Positions 38,270-49,361 are shown, counted from the first letter of the stretch. The stretch is 64,000 nucleotides of DNA from Candidatus Zixiibacteriota bacterium (GCA_034439475.1 JAWXAN010000060.1:3566-67565); one strand, 5' to 3'. Numbers and translations are program-made. The notes: generated from the letters alone by a model not told the origin.

Positions 38270-39412
38270 TTAGTCCCTCAGTATATCGCGGGAAATAACC
38301 ATCCGTTGAGCCTCTGATGTGCCTTCATAAAGCTCAGTCACACGCGCATCGCGGAAGTATCGCTCCACAGGATATTCTTTGATGTAGCCGTAGCCGCCAT
38401 GAATCTGCAGGGCTTCGTTCGTTACAAAATTTGCGGACTGGGAGCAAAACAGTTTGGCCATTGAGGCTTCACGCTGAAATGGTTTGTTTTGGTCTTTCAG
38501 CAGTGCGGCTCTGTACGCTAAAAGCCGCCCGGCGTCTATTCTCATTGCCATATCGGCAATCTTGAATTGAATCGCCTGGAAATTTGCAATTGGCTGATCA
38601 AATTGTTTTCGCTGTTTAGAATATTTGATAGCTTCATCGAGCGCCGCCTGGGAAATACCAGTTGCTTGAAAAGCGACGCCGATCCGTCCTCCGTTGAGAA
38701 TTTGCATGGCCTGTTTGAAACCGTTTTTGAGCGGCCCGATGAGATTTTCTTTCGGCACTTTAACATCGACAAAGTTTATTTCGCGGGTGTCAGAACTTTT
38801 GATTCCAAGCTTCCTCTCAGGCTTTCCGAGCGTTATGCCCGGGGCCGTTCTTTCGACAGCAAACAAAGAGATGCCGCGGTTGCCTTCTTCGGGATGGGTT
38901 TTAGCGAACACAACATATACTCCAGCATAGCCGCCATTGGTGACATAGCTCTTGTTGCCATTGATAACGTAATGGTCCCCTTTGTCGACAGCCGATGTTA
39001 TAAGCGCGCCAGCATCGGTGCCAGAGTGCGGTTCAGTGAGACAATACGCGCCGATCAACTCACCTGTCGCCATTCGCGGCAAATATTTTTTCTTGAGGGC
39101 ATCGCTTGCGAAGAATTTGAACGCATCAGCCACAAGCGTATTATGCACCGATATCATAATTCCAAAACCAGCCGAAGCCGCGCACAACTCCTCAAGCACG
39201 CCCATAAAGGCGGTTGTAGATAGCCCGAGTCCGCCGTATTCTTCGGGAATAGTAAACCCAAAATATCCAAGGTCAGCGCACTCTTTAATCAGATCACGCG
39301 GGGTCTCTTCGCTCTCATCCATTTCCATCGCAATCGGATAGATTCGTTTTATCGCTAAATCCCGGGCCATTTCTTTCAGCTCGGCGTCTTCCTGAGTCAA
39401 ATTAAAATCCAT
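38270..39412 (-). CDS. Acyl-CoA dehydrogenase (short/branched-chain type)
   Basis: CLTEPHSGTDAG and ELYEGTSEAQRMVISR motifs. Paralog of the downstream ACAD. Confidence 0.9.
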   Translation of the reverse strand: MDFNLTQEDAELKEMARDLAIKRIYPIAMEMDESEETPRDLIKECADLGYFGFTIPEEYGGLGLSTTAFMGVLEELCAASAGFGIMISVHNTLVADAFKFFASDALKKKYLPRMATGELIGAYCLTEPHSGTDAGALITSAVDKGDHYVINGNKSYVTNGGYAGVYVVFAKTHPEEGNRGISLFAVERTAPGITLGKPERKLGIKSSDTREINFVDVKVPKENLIGPLKNGFKQAMQILNGGRIGVAFQATGISQAALDEAIKYSKQRKQFDQPIANFQAIQFKIADMAMRIDAGRLLAYRAALLKDQNKPFQREASMAKLFCSQSANFVTNEALQIHGGYGYIKEYPVERYFRDARVTELYEGTSEAQRMVISRDILRD

Positions 39413-39426
39413 CAGTGCGCTCCTTC

Positions 39427-40278
39427 TCAGTCATACGAATAGAATCCCCGACCGGATTTTCTTCCTAAATATCCCGCCTGCACCATTTTTCGCAGAAGCG
39501 GAGCCGGACGGTATTTCGGATCCCCAAGCCCGGCGTGCATAACCTCCAGAATCGCAAGACAAACATCGAGTCCAATAAAATCGGCCAGAGTCAGTGGTCC
39601 CATCGGATGTCCCATGCCAAGCTTCATCACATCATCAATCGCCTGAACTGTCCCGACACCTTCCATGTGAGCGAATATCGCCTCGTTTATCATCGGCAAC
39701 AGTATCCTGTTTGCAATAAATCCAGGATAATCATTTACCTCAACCGGGGTTTTGCCCAGCTTTAACGCCAAGTCTTGCGTTACCTTGTACGTTTCATCGC
39801 TGGTTGCGAGGCCGCGAATTACCTCAACGAGCTTCATTATAGGCACTGGGTTCATAAAGTGCATGCCGATAAACCTGTCCGGACGTTTTGTAGAGGATGC
39901 GAGCTGTGTAATCGGTAGCGAGGATGTGTTACTGGCCAAAATTGTACTGTGCGGACAGACAGCATCAAGTTGAGCAAAAATCGATGACTTTACTTTTAGA
40001 TCTTCAGTTACGGCTTCGATTACAATCTGAGAGCCTGCCGCGGATTTGATATCCGTTGATGTCTTGATTCGACCGAGTGTGGTGTTTTTGTCGGCATCGG
40101 TAATAGCCGCTTTCTTGATAAGCCGATCGAGCGAACCTGAAATGTTCGAAACGGCCTTATCCAAAAAATCCTGTTTGATATCAATGAGCGTGACATTATA
40201 TCCATTTGAGGCAAAAACCTGAGAAATACCATTCCCCATCGTACCGGAGCCGATAATTGAGACGTTTTTAATTTCCAT
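39427..40278 (-). CDS. hbd: 3-hydroxyacyl-CoA (3-hydroxybutyryl-CoA) dehydrogenase
   Basis: VSIIGSGTMG Rossmann N-terminus and the HFMNPVPIMKLVE motif. The ATG at 40278 has AGGA upstream. An alternative ATG is at 40296. Confidence 0.85.
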   Translation of the reverse strand: MEIKNVSIIGSGTMGNGISQVFASNGYNVTLIDIKQDFLDKAVSNISGSLDRLIKKAAITDADKNTTLGRIKTSTDIKSAAGSQIVIEAVTEDLKVKSSIFAQLDAVCPHSTILASNTSSLPITQLASSTKRPDRFIGMHFMNPVPIMKLVEVIRGLATSDETYKVTQDLALKLGKTPVEVNDYPGFIANRILLPMINEAIFAHMEGVGTVQAIDDVMKLGMGHPMGPLTLADFIGLDVCLAILEVMHAGLGDPKYRPAPLLRKMVQAGYLGRKSGRGFYSYD

Positions 40279-40308
40279 ATTTCCTATCTCTGTCATTGCC
40301 CGTGAAAA

Positions 40309-41499
40309 TTATACGCGCTCTATTGCCATCACGACAGCGTTCCCACCGCCAAGACACAACGTCGCCATGCCCGTCTTTAGTCCGCGATCTTTAAGCGCAT
40401 AGATTAATGTAGTCACAATCCGCGATCCCGATGCGCCAATTGGATGCCCGAGAGCTACTGCGCCGCCATGGACATTGACACGCGACCAATCCCATTTAAG
40501 TTCGTTTCCATCGGCAAGAACCTGCGCCGCGAAAGCTTCGTTGGCTTCGATAAGGTCCCAGTGGTTTATATTGACATTCATCTTCTTCATAAGCTTCTGT
40601 ACAGCGAAAATTGGCGCAAAGAAAAGATCTTCTGGCGCTGTTCCCGCAACAGCATAGTCGATGATTTTAGCCAGCGGTTTTAAACCTTTGTCTCGCATAT
40701 ATTTCTCGGAGACCACGACTGTCGCCGAAGAGCCATCGTTGAGACCCGGCGCATTGCCGGCCGTGACAGTTCCTTCCTTATCAAAGGCTGGTTTTAGTTT
40801 AGCCAGACCCTGGATGGAAATATCGGCCCGAGGCCCTTCGTCGATATTAAAAATAACCGGATCCCCTTTGCGCTGCGGAACGGCAATATCGAATATTTCT
40901 TCTTTGAACTTTCCGCTCTTTTGCGCCTCAAGCGCCTTCTTGTGCGAGTTGTAAGCAAATTCATCCTGCATCTCGCGGGTGAGGTTGGCCTTCTGACGGG
41001 TAAGTTCGGCGGCGTTCCCCATATGAAAATTATTGAAGCTATCCCATAGACCGTCGGTAATCATAATGTCATCAAGCTTCTGGTGACCAAAGCGTGTTCC
41101 GGTTTTCGCCCCGCGTAAAACATACGGTGTCTGCGACATCGATTCCATTCCGCCCGCAACAACAACGTTCTGGTCTCCAGCGCGAATAGATTGAGCGGCG
41201 AGCATTATCGCTTTCAGTCCTGAGCCACAGACTTTATTGATTGTCATGGCCGGGACTTCAGGCGGTACGCCGCCATGAATAGCGGCTTGCCGGGCTGGGG
41301 CCTGGCCCGTGCCCCCTTGGATTACATGGCCCATGATTACTTCATCTATATCCTTCGGATTAATCCCCGACCTTTCTAATACCTCTTTAATGGCAAAGGC
41401 TCCAAGCTGGGGAGCGGTAAAGCTGCCAATGCCTCCATGCAGCAAACCAATTGCGCTTCGCGTGGCCGCCACTATGTATGCAGCATTTCTCTCAGACAT
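40309..41499 (-). CDS. Acetyl-CoA acetyltransferase (thiolase II)
   Basis: [10 protein letters not shown] active-site Cys, [17 protein letters not shown] and CLGGGNAV motifs. ATG at 41499 with GGAGGA upstream. Confidence 0.9.
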   Translation of the reverse strand: MSERNAAYIVAATRSAIGLLHGGIGSFTAPQLGAFAIKEVLERSGINPKDIDEVIMGHVIQGGTGQAPARQAAIHGGVPPEVPAMTINKVCGSGLKAIMLAAQSIRAGDQNVVVAGGMESMSQTPYVLRGAKTGTRFGHQKLDDIMITDGLWDSFNNFHMGNAAELTRQKANLTREMQDEFAYNSHKKALEAQKSGKFKEEIFDIAVPQRKGDPVIFNIDEGPRADISIQGLAKLKPAFDKEGTVTAGNAPGLNDGSSATVVVSEKYMRDKGLKPLAKIIDYAVAGTAPEDLFFAPIFAVQKLMKKMNVNINHWDLIEANEAFAAQVLADGNELKWDWSRVNVHGGAVALGHPIGASGSRIVTTLIYALKDRGLKTGMATLCLGGGNAVVMAIERV

Positions 41500-41816
41500 A
41501 TATTCCTCCGTCAATGTGTATCGCTCTCTCTCCCATGAGCAAGCCGTATATATATGCATGTACAACAGGCAAATCAAGTGAATCGTTTCACAAAATAATA
41601 GCGGCGATCTCAGTGTTGTGTTAATTAATCAGACCTAGATCGAAACAAACGATTCGCAATTTTGTACAATCTATAGGCGATCAGTTAGAGCATTCACGCC
41701 TTGATTGATACTGCCGAAGCTCTCACACAAGGTATTCATAAGTGGATGAATGCCAAACGGCAAATCAAGGCCGCAATTATTGAATAACACACACGCAGAC
41801 CATAAGGAGGTTTGTC

Positions 41817-42428
41817 ATGAGGAAGACAATATTATCACTTTGTTGTCTCGGACTGTTTACTGTTTCGACGTATGCCCAGAATGAAGACGAATCACCCGTC
41901 TCTATCTATCTTGGTGGACTTATCGCTCTCCCGTCATCGGACGGATTTAGTCATTCTTATGATGAAGGTTACCATGCCTTTGCTGGAATCGGCGGTAATC
42001 TATCAGACGAATTTCACCTCATCGGTAAAGCGGAATATACCGAGTTTGACCTCGCCACATCTAATAGCGATCCATTTGACGGCAATGGCTTGTCTATCTG
42101 GTCGTTCGGCGGCGATCTTCGTTACGCCTTAGGCAGCGACAACACAGCTAAGCTCAGGCCATTTCTTCTTGGCGGTGTCGGAGTGGCTGTCGTTGATTTT
42201 GCCAATACTCATTCGAATGTCAACATTGATGTCGACAATAACAATAACCAATTTCCCCTGACTGACAGACCGAATGATGAAAAATTCTACTATAATGTTG
42301 GCGTAGGCATGGAACTGACTGCAAGTGAAAACTTTGGTCTTTTTATCCAAGGCCGGTATGTAAGCATTGCGACCACGGGTGAGAATATGTCTTATGTCCC
42401 CATTTCGCTTGGCTTACGAATCTTCTAA
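41817..42428 (+). CDS. Small outer-membrane beta-barrel protein (OmpA-barrel/porin-family-like)
   Basis: AAGGAGG Shine-Dalgarno, signal peptide (VSTYA-QN), alternating strands and a C-terminal ...SLGLRIF. Confidence 0.6.
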   Translation: MRKTILSLCCLGLFTVSTYAQNEDESPVSIYLGGLIALPSSDGFSHSYDEGYHAFAGIGGNLSDEFHLIGKAEYTEFDLATSNSDPFDGNGLSIWSFGGDLRYALGSDNTAKLRPFLLGGVGVAVVDFANTHSNVNIDVDNNNNQFPLTDRPNDEKFYYNVGVGMELTASENFGLFIQGRYVSIATTGENMSYVPISLGLRIF

Positions 42429-42454
42429 AAAAATAATTCACGTTCGCACATTAA

Positions 42455-42486
42455 ATAACTGGGTCTACCGACCCGGTTATTTTTTT
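42455..42486 (+). terminator. Rho-independent terminator
   Basis: ATAACTGGGTC-tacc-GACCCGGTTAT followed by TTTTTT. Confidence 0.7.
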
Positions 42487-42532
42487 GACTATCCAAAGCA
42501 GCATTCATCTGTGTATACTATGCAGGAATAAT

Positions 42533-43114
42533 ATGAGAAAAGACTCGATATGTGCCATACTCTACTACCCACGCTCGCTGGCCTTTGTTGTCGTGTGCGG
42601 ATTTTTTCCTACTAACGCCGCAGCGCAGTCGTTAAAGACAACCTCACTCTATTTTTCTGCGGGAACAGCATTTCCGCTCGGTGAATTTTCCAACCGGAGC
42701 AAAATCGGCTTTGAGGCAAATGCCGCCGCAGGGATCATACCCCTCGCTTCATCAGCGCCCGAGATGGAACTGGGTGTACATGCCACAGCCGGATATTATC
42801 CGGGAAGTCTCCAGACTAAAAACAATTTTACATTTCTCAGAATTGGCCCGGAGTTGAGACTCAGGATGAATACAAGACGGGAATCTCAGACGTATCTTTC
42901 AATGAACGGGGGCTATGCCTATACGAAACAATTGCCAAAAGGATCCGACCTGGGATTTGTCGAACATAATTATTTCGCGTCAGCTGCAATTGGTATTGAG
43001 ACGATGCCTGAAGGCCAAAACGGATATTTTATCGAAGTGCGCCTGACCGATGTCGCCGGCTCTAAAATTAGAGATTTTCTGACATTTGGAATTTCAGTCG
43101 GCATCAGAATATGA
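42533..43114 (+). CDS. Small outer-membrane beta-barrel protein (second, divergent)
   Basis: ATG at 42533, because the TTG track start at 42485 lies inside the terminator. Signal-like N-terminus ending NAAAQS, beta pattern and a C-terminal ...SVGIRI. Confidence 0.5.
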   Translation: MRKDSICAILYYPRSLAFVVVCGFFPTNAAAQSLKTTSLYFSAGTAFPLGEFSNRSKIGFEANAAAGIIPLASSAPEMELGVHATAGYYPGSLQTKNNFTFLRIGPELRLRMNTRRESQTYLSMNGGYAYTKQLPKGSDLGFVEHNYFASAAIGIETMPEGQNGYFIEVRLTDVAGSKIRDFLTFGISVGIRI

Positions 43115-43606
43115 TTATTCAAGAGTCAACTCGATAATTGGCCGCTCGGTATCCACCTGGTCTCCTTCCTTAAAATGGATAGCCTTGACTTTCCCCGATG
43201 CCTTTGCATTGACCTGATTTTCCATCTTCATTGCTTCGACGATAACCATCGGCTGCTTCTCAACAACATCATTCCCCACTGAAACAAGAATCTTCACTAT
43301 TTTGCCCGGCATGGGCGCGAATATCTTGTTTTTCTCAACGATGTGGTCCGAGGCGGCAGCGCCATTGCTGTCGTCGCTTGGATCATGAAGCTCATAGACG
43401 ACGGAATCGATTTCAACGAGGAATATTCCTCTATTCAAAGCCACCGCCGCGCTTTTTCTCTGCCCGTCTATCAAGCAGATAAAAAGACCATTGCCGCTCG
43501 GAGTAATTGTTACCCTACTGTCCGCGATTGTAGAAACAATAGTATCTCCTTCACGCTCAAACTCCGTGGAGACAAGCTCACCACGTATAAGAAATTCATT
43601 CTTCAT
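43115..43606 (-). CDS. Biotin carboxyl carrier / biotinyl-domain protein (C-terminal part of an acyl-CoA carboxylase alpha chain, encoded separately)
   Basis: EAMKMEN biotinylation motif. The start overlaps the upstream stop (ATGAAGAATGA). Confidence 0.8.
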   Translation of the reverse strand: MKNEFLIRGELVSTEFEREGDTIVSTIADSRVTITPSGNGLFICLIDGQRKSAAVALNRGIFLVEIDSVVYELHDPSDDSNGAAASDHIVEKNKIFAPMPGKIVKILVSVGNDVVEKQPMVIVEAMKMENQVNAKASGKVKAIHFKEGDQVDTERPIIELTLE

Positions 43607-45119
43607 AAAGGATATCGCCTCCTATCTCCCAGTCACGGAAAGCCTGCCAAGGCTGAAGCGAATTCTGCTCAATGCTTGCGGAACGTGAAGAAGAACCTGC
43701 TGCTGAATGTGAGCTTGCTGATGCAATTAAAGCCGCGAGCGAATTGTCCGGAGACTTCGCAATCTGTCGTTCGGACATGTGGCTTTCAATAAAGTTGGTA
43801 AAAGTATTCCCTTTTTGAAACTCGGGATGATTGAGGACGTCGATCATAAATCGCTTAGAGGTTTTTACTCCGAGAATATGATAATTATTCAGCGCATCGA
43901 TCATTTTCTCAATGGCAGACGTCCGATCAGGAGCATGAACGATGAGTTTCGCCATGATAGGATCATAGTCAATACCGACTGCCATCCCCTTCTCAATACC
44001 GGAATCCACTCGAACGCCTGGCCCACTCGGTTCAGAATAATGAAGAATTGTCCCGGTCGACGGTAAGAAATTATTGTTGCCGTCTTCGGCATAAATGCGG
44101 CATTCGATAGCATGACCGCGTTGACTGGCATTGATAATGTGTTCAGACAACGGCAGTCCCGCCGCAATTCTGATTTGTTCAATGACAAGATCAAGCCCGG
44201 TCACCATTTCGGTGATAGGGTGTTCGACTTGGATACGGGTGTTCATCTCAAGAAAATAATAGTGGCCTGATTGGTCTAAGAGAAATTCGACTGTGCCAGC
44301 GTTGGTGTATCCCGCCGCTTTGGCAACTTTAACAGCATCGGCGCCCATCTTTGCGCGGAGCGCGCTATCAAGGGCAACCGATGGCGTTTCTTCGATAATT
44401 TTCTGATGCCGTCGCTGAATCGAACATTCCCGTTCGAAGAGATGCACGCAGTTACCGTGGTTGTCTGCAATAATCTGGAACTCAATATGGCGCGGATTGG
44501 CAATATACTTTTCAAGATAGACCGAGTCATCTCCGAAGGCATTTTTCGCCTCACGTCTCGCGGCCTCGATGGCAGAAAGAAGCTGGGTTGGATCCGAAAC
44601 AACCCGCATTCCCTTTCCCCCGCCGCCCGCCGCCGCTTTTATCATAACTGGATATCCGACCTTTTTGGCGGCCTGCTCAAATACTTTTATATCAATTTCG
44701 CTGCTCTGCATCCCGGGAGTCATCTGCACCCCGGCTTGCGCCATCTTCTTTCGTGACTCTACTTTGTTCCCCATCAATTGCATCGCTTCCGCTGTCGGCC
44801 CAATAAATATAATACCGGCATCTTTACAGGCTTTAGGAAAAAGCGGATTCTCCGCCAAAAAACCATATCCGGGATGAATCGCATCCGTGCCGCTGCTTTT
44901 TGCCGCAGAAATAAGCCTATCAATGTTTAGATATGACTCGCACGGCGATGCCGAACCGATATGCACAGATTCATCGGCGAAAAAGCGATGCCTGCTCTTG
45001 AGATCGGCATCGGAATAGACCGCGACAGATTTGATGCCGAGCGTCCGACAGGCGTGCATTACCCGTACGGCTATCTCGGATCGGTTTGCGATGAGTATCT
45101 TTTTAAACGGCATTGGCAT
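43596..45119 (-). CDS. Biotin carboxylase subunit of an acyl-CoA (methylcrotonyl/geranyl-CoA type) carboxylase
   Basis: KILIANRSEIAVRV, ATP-grasp GGGGKGMR and EMNTRIQVEHP motifs. Confidence 0.9.
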   Translation of the reverse strand: MPMPFKKILIANRSEIAVRVMHACRTLGIKSVAVYSDADLKSRHRFFADESVHIGSASPCESYLNIDRLISAAKSSGTDAIHPGYGFLAENPLFPKACKDAGIIFIGPTAEAMQLMGNKVESRKKMAQAGVQMTPGMQSSEIDIKVFEQAAKKVGYPVMIKAAAGGGGKGMRVVSDPTQLLSAIEAARREAKNAFGDDSVYLEKYIANPRHIEFQIIADNHGNCVHLFERECSIQRRHQKIIEETPSVALDSALRAKMGADAVKVAKAAGYTNAGTVEFLLDQSGHYYFLEMNTRIQVEHPITEMVTGLDLVIEQIRIAAGLPLSEHIINASQRGHAIECRIYAEDGNNNFLPSTGTILHYSEPSGPGVRVDSGIEKGMAVGIDYDPIMAKLIVHAPDRTSAIEKMIDALNNYHILGVKTSKRFMIDVLNHPEFQKGNTFTNFIESHMSERQIAKSPDNSLAALIASASSHSAAGSSSRSASIEQNSLQPWQAFRDWEIGGDILYEE

Positions 45120-45142
45120 GACAATTTTACATTAACTGGTCT

Positions 45143-45931
45143 TTATTCAGCCGACCATTTCGGTTTGCGCTTATTCAAGAATGCGTCCATACCTTCCTGA
45201 CCCTCAGCGGAAATTCGCAATCGCGCAATTATCTCAGCAGTATACGGTTTGAATTCTTCAGGTGGCATAGCTGAAACTTCACTTATGAGTTTCTTGGCCA
45301 TCGAAACCGCAGATGGTCCGGAACTGAGAATGGAGGCAATGAGTTTGTCGACTTCATTATCAAGATCGCCATCGGCTACTACGCTATTGACCAGGCCGAC
45401 CTCTCTGGCGCGCACAGCATTCATCCGCTCGCCTGTTATGAAGAGTTCGCGCGCTTTCCCTTCCCCCATTTTTTTGATAACGTAGGGGCCTATGCAGGCT
45501 GGAACAACGCCAATTTTGACTTCGGAAAAAGAGAATACCGATGACTCAGAGGCGATAGCGATATCACACACCGCAACAAAACCCGTTCCTCCCCCTATAG
45601 CCGCGCCATTCACTCGCGCAATAATAGGACAACGAAAGGTATAGAATTGATAAAACAGATCGGCGAGTTTGTTCGACTCAGCAAGATTCTCCTCAAACGA
45701 TTGCGAAACCACCGAGCGCATCCAGTTGAGATCGGCTCCGGCGCAAAATGATTTTCCTGCGCCAGTCAGAACGACCACCCGAATCGATGGGTCGATTTCA
45801 ATTTCACTCAGTAAAGCAGATAGCTCCGAGATAACTGTCGCGTTAAATGCATTATGGATCTCAGGGCCATTGAAAGTAATTCGCCCAACGGCATTGTTTT
45901 TCTCGTAATTGATTGTGGACAATGATTTCAT
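45143..45931 (-). CDS. Enoyl-CoA hydratase (methylglutaconyl-CoA hydratase-like by context)
   Basis: Crotonase fold (GAGKSFCAGADL, GGGTGF). 262 aa, between the carboxylase subunit genes. Confidence 0.8.
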   Translation of the reverse strand: MKSLSTINYEKNNAVGRITFNGPEIHNAFNATVISELSALLSEIEIDPSIRVVVLTGAGKSFCAGADLNWMRSVVSQSFEENLAESNKLADLFYQFYTFRCPIIARVNGAAIGGGTGFVAVCDIAIASESSVFSFSEVKIGVVPACIGPYVIKKMGEGKARELFITGERMNAVRAREVGLVNSVVADGDLDNEVDKLIASILSSGPSAVSMAKKLISEVSAMPPEEFKPYTAEIIARLRISAEGQEGMDAFLNKRKPKWSAE

Positions 45932-45940
45932 AGTGCGGGT

Positions 45941-47548
45941 CTACATCCGAAAGACGCCGAATTTAGTGTCCGGAATCGGGGCGTTCAGGGACATCGAAAT
46001 CGCCAAAGCGAGCGCCTGGCGGGTGTCGGTCATCCCCATCATGCCATCGTCCCATAATCGCGCGCCGGAAAAGTAAGGTGAGGATTCGGCTTCGTATTTA
46101 TCTATGATAGGCTGGCGTATGGCCGTGATTTCTTCGCTCGACAGTTTTTTGCCCTGCTCTTCAAGCTGATTGATTTTGACTGTCGCAAGAACATCTGCGG
46201 CCTGCTCTCCCCCCATGACACATATTTTTGCATTCGGCCACATCCACATCAGCCTCGGGAAATATCCTCGTCCGCACATGGCATAATTTCCTGCGCCGTA
46301 AGAACCGCCAACCACAAGAGTGAACTTGGGAACATCAGCATTGGCGACGGCATGCACCATTTTTGCTCCATCGCGGGCAATCCCACCAGCCTCGTACTGC
46401 CTGCCGACAATGAAACCGGAAATGTTTTGCAGAAAAATAAGCGGTATTTTGCGTTGAGCGCACAGTTCAACAAAGTGCGCCCCTTTCTGAGCCGATTCGG
46501 CAAAGAGCACCCCGTTATTTCCAATTATCCCAACCGGATAACCCATAATCCGCGCAAAACCAGTCACGAGTGTAATCCCGTACAATTCTTTGAATTCGTG
46601 AAAACGCGAACCGTCCACAACACGAGCGATAAGTTCGCGAATATCATACGGCTTGCGAAGGTCCGCTGAGACGACACCATACAATTCTTCTGGATCGTAA
46701 AACGGTTCTTCGACCTCAGACCGTTCGAGTGTGAATCCCGACGGGGCTGCGAGGTTTTCAATTATATTTCTGGCGATCTTAAGAGCATGTTCGTCGTTTT
46801 CAGCATAGTGGTCAGTCACGCCCGATTTTCTGCAATGAACATCGGCGCCTCCAAGTTCCTCGGCGGTGACAACCTCGCCAGTTGCAGCTTTGACCAATGG
46901 CGGCCCGCCTATAAAGATTGTCCCCTGTTTCCTGACAATCACCGACTCATCAGACATTGCGGGCAGATATGCTCCGCCCGCTGTGCATGAGCCCATTACG
47001 ACAGAAATCTGCACAATTCCTTTTGCCGACATTCTTGCTTCGTTATAAAATATCCTCCCGAAATGATCTTTGTCAGGAAACGAGCCAGCCTGAAGCGGCA
47101 AAAATATCCCGCCTGAATCTACCAAATACACACACGGCAAATTATTGCTCTCCGCAACTTCCTGGGCACGGGCATGTTTGAGGACAGTCATTGGATAATA
47201 TGTGCCCCCTTTGACCGTCGCATCGTTCGCTATGACCATTACCTGTCGGCCATGAACCGCCCCGATTCCTGTAATGATACCGGCCGACGGCGCGTCGTTG
47301 TCATACATATCATAGGCAGCGAGAGCGCCCAATTCAAGAAAAGGACTGTGCTTGTCAAGCAGACGGGTAATACGTTCACGCGGCAATAGTTTTCCCCGCT
47401 CTGTATGACGGAGGCGAGACTTCTCTGGCCCGCCGAGCTTTACCTGTTCAAGCCGTTCTTTGAACTGGCCGTGAAGGGCTTTGTTCTTCTGAACATTTTC
47501 CAAATACTGCGCGGATTTGGTATCTATTTTTGATTCGATTCTAAACAT
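45941..47548 (-). CDS. Acyl-CoA carboxylase carboxyltransferase (beta) subunit, MccB/AtuC-like
   Basis: 535 aa with two crotonase-like CT halves ([26 protein letters not shown]). Confidence 0.9.
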   Translation of the reverse strand: MFRIESKIDTKSAQYLENVQKNKALHGQFKERLEQVKLGGPEKSRLRHTERGKLLPRERITRLLDKHSPFLELGALAAYDMYDNDAPSAGIITGIGAVHGRQVMVIANDATVKGGTYYPMTVLKHARAQEVAESNNLPCVYLVDSGGIFLPLQAGSFPDKDHFGRIFYNEARMSAKGIVQISVVMGSCTAGGAYLPAMSDESVIVRKQGTIFIGGPPLVKAATGEVVTAEELGGADVHCRKSGVTDHYAENDEHALKIARNIIENLAAPSGFTLERSEVEEPFYDPEELYGVVSADLRKPYDIRELIARVVDGSRFHEFKELYGITLVTGFARIMGYPVGIIGNNGVLFAESAQKGAHFVELCAQRKIPLIFLQNISGFIVGRQYEAGGIARDGAKMVHAVANADVPKFTLVVGGSYGAGNYAMCGRGYFPRLMWMWPNAKICVMGGEQAADVLATVKINQLEEQGKKLSSEEITAIRQPIIDKYEAESSPYFSGARLWDDGMMGMTDTRQALALAISMSLNAPIPDTKFGVFRM

Positions 47549-47561
47549 AATAGGTTGTTAT

Positions 47562-49361
47562 CTATTTTTTAAGCAATGAGCTCGGAGCCTGCATTGGCAT
47601 TTGAAGCAATGCCTGTGAAAGTGTTTTTCCCTGCGGATCTATCATAAGCGATCGCGTGCCGCCGCCTCCGAGAGTTTCTTCAAGAAGAAAGTTTAGCGCA
47701 AGAAGATTGTCCAGTTCATATCGTTTGACTTCACCCTTTACAATACCTTTGAAAAACCGTTTTACTGTAGAAACTGTGAGGTTTTTGTAAAGCCAGTCAT
47801 ATATTTCTGGCGAACGGGCGAGGACACCGATATTGCAGGTGTCTCCTTTATCCCCAGAACGGGCATAGGCAAGCTCCTGCAGGGTAATAGTTTTCAACTT
47901 TCCTTTTGGCATGATACCTAAACGACGAGCGAAATTTCCGGATTTCTTCTCTGATACGGGCATCACTGTGTCGTTACGCGCCAGGTTAAGTGTAGTATTT
48001 CTCTCGTTTTTCTGCTCATCGATAATAATTATTTCCGCCTTGGCTGAGTTGCGATGCATAAGCGCTGGCCAATATGCGACAACGGGTGTCGGTTTGGGGC
48101 GTCCCGCGCCGGTAACTGCCACCCCGGAAGGGCCGGATAAGATGAGCGATGGCAGCAAACGCCCGAACTCTTCCACCTTTTTTTGATCATTGTCACGTAC
48201 CCCAAATCTCAGCAATGATTCATTTGGTTCATAATCAGACAGTTCTTTCGGCCAAATCGAGCCGGAGCCAATCAACTCGGTTCGGGTAGCCTCATACGTA
48301 TGCCCCAAACGCTTCCAAAATATCTCAGACATAGTCTTGGCTTTTGCTTTAATATTGGGGCCCGAAAGCAGCAGTTCCCCCGATGCTTTCCAGCCGTCAT
48401 CAAATGAAATAGATATTTTCAAATGCGTTGGAGCGGGTTTGCCGGTGATGCCAAACACCCGCACACGATCTTTGCCGGCTTGCTTGAGATGGATGCTGTC
48501 AAAACGGGCGATACCATCCGGGGCAATATAGTTGGCCGGATCACCCATTTCATAGACAAGCTGTTCTTTCACAGTATTCTCCGAAACAAGTCCGCCCGTG
48601 TTGGGATGTTTCGTCACAAAAAAGTCGCCGCTCGATTTCATCTCGATAATGGGATAGCCTATCGAATGGAAATTTTTGACATCTTTCCAGTCGGTAATAT
48701 TTCCGCCTGTCGCCTGGCATCCGCATTCTATAATATGTCCCGCGACAATTCCCGAGGCGATTTTGTCCCAGTCGTCTATTGCCCATCCGAACTCATACAT
48801 CATTGGCGCAAGCGTGATTCCGGTATCGGTCACCCGTCCGGTGACAATTATTTGACAGCCCGCTTCGAGGGCTTTGACAACCGGTTCGGCGCCGAAATAG
48901 ATATTAGCCGATGTCACTTTTGGACGAACTTGATCGAACGGTTCGCCGGTTTCCATATTCGTGAATTTTTCGCCTGATGACATCAGCACATCAAGCTGGG
49001 GCATAACATCATCCCCGCGAATAACGCCTACTTTTATAGGAAGCTTCATTGTCTGTACTACTGCTGCAATCTGTTGCCCCAAACCGAGCGGGTTGATACC
49101 CCCGGCATTTGTAATAACCGTAACTTTCTTTTCGACTATTAGCGGCAGGCATTCCTTGATTTGGGTGAGAAAATCCGTCGCATAACCCAGCTCGGGGTTG
49201 CGCTGTCTCTGCTTTTGCAGAATGGACATTGTGATTTCGGCAAGAAAATCGAGGGTAATGTAGTCAAGCTGGCCGCCTGTCAACTGGCGTTTCAGCGCAG
49301 ATAGGTCATCCCCCCAATATCCGCCCGCGTTGCCTATTCGAATGCTATCTTTCACTGACAT
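47562..49361 (-). CDS. AtuA-like protein (DUF1446 with a C-terminal DUF4387-like region)
   Basis: IRIGNAGGYWGDD...LDYITLDFLAE N-terminus and a C-terminal ARSGDKGDTCNIGV...RYELDNLLALNFLLEETLGGG. Confidence 0.75.
   Translation of the reverse strand: MSVKDSIRIGNAGGYWGDDLSALKRQLTGGQLDYITLDFLAEITMSILQKQRQRNPELGYATDFLTQIKECLPLIVEKKVTVITNAGGINPLGLGQQIAAVVQTMKLPIKVGVIRGDDVMPQLDVLMSSGEKFTNMETGEPFDQVRPKVTSANIYFGAEPVVKALEAGCQIIVTGRVTDTGITLAPMMYEFGWAIDDWDKIASGIVAGHIIECGCQATGGNITDWKDVKNFHSIGYPIIEMKSSGDFFVTKHPNTGGLVSENTVKEQLVYEMGDPANYIAPDGIARFDSIHLKQAGKDRVRVFGITGKPAPTHLKISISFDDGWKASGELLLSGPNIKAKAKTMSEIFWKRLGHTYEATRTELIGSGSIWPKELSDYEPNESLLRFGVRDNDQKKVEEFGRLLPSLILSGPSGVAVTGAGRPKPTPVVAYWPALMHRNSAKAEIIIIDEQKNERNTTLNLARNDTVMPVSEKKSGNFARRLGIMPKGKLKTITLQELAYARSGDKGDTCNIGVLARSPEIYDWLYKNLTVSTVKRFFKGIVKGEVKRYELDNLLALNFLLEETLGGGGTRSLMIDPQGKTLSQALLQMPMQAPSSLLKK

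Noticed and set aside
41580-41655. Inverted repeat GAATCGTTTC ... GAAACaaaCGATTC and the TTGTACAA palindrome in the thiolase/OMP divergent region, as a regulator operator
   Set aside because: The arms are imperfect and 50 nt apart. There is no adjacent regulator gene and no second copy in the window. This is too weak to call.
43596-43606. Frameshifted pseudogene of a full-length methylcrotonyl-CoA carboxylase alpha chain
   Set aside because: Both ORFs are intact, with complete domains (BC 507 aa, BCCP 163 aa with EAMKMEN). The junction is a typical coupling overlap (ATGAAGAATGA) rather than a homopolymer slip site. I kept only a read check in the findings.
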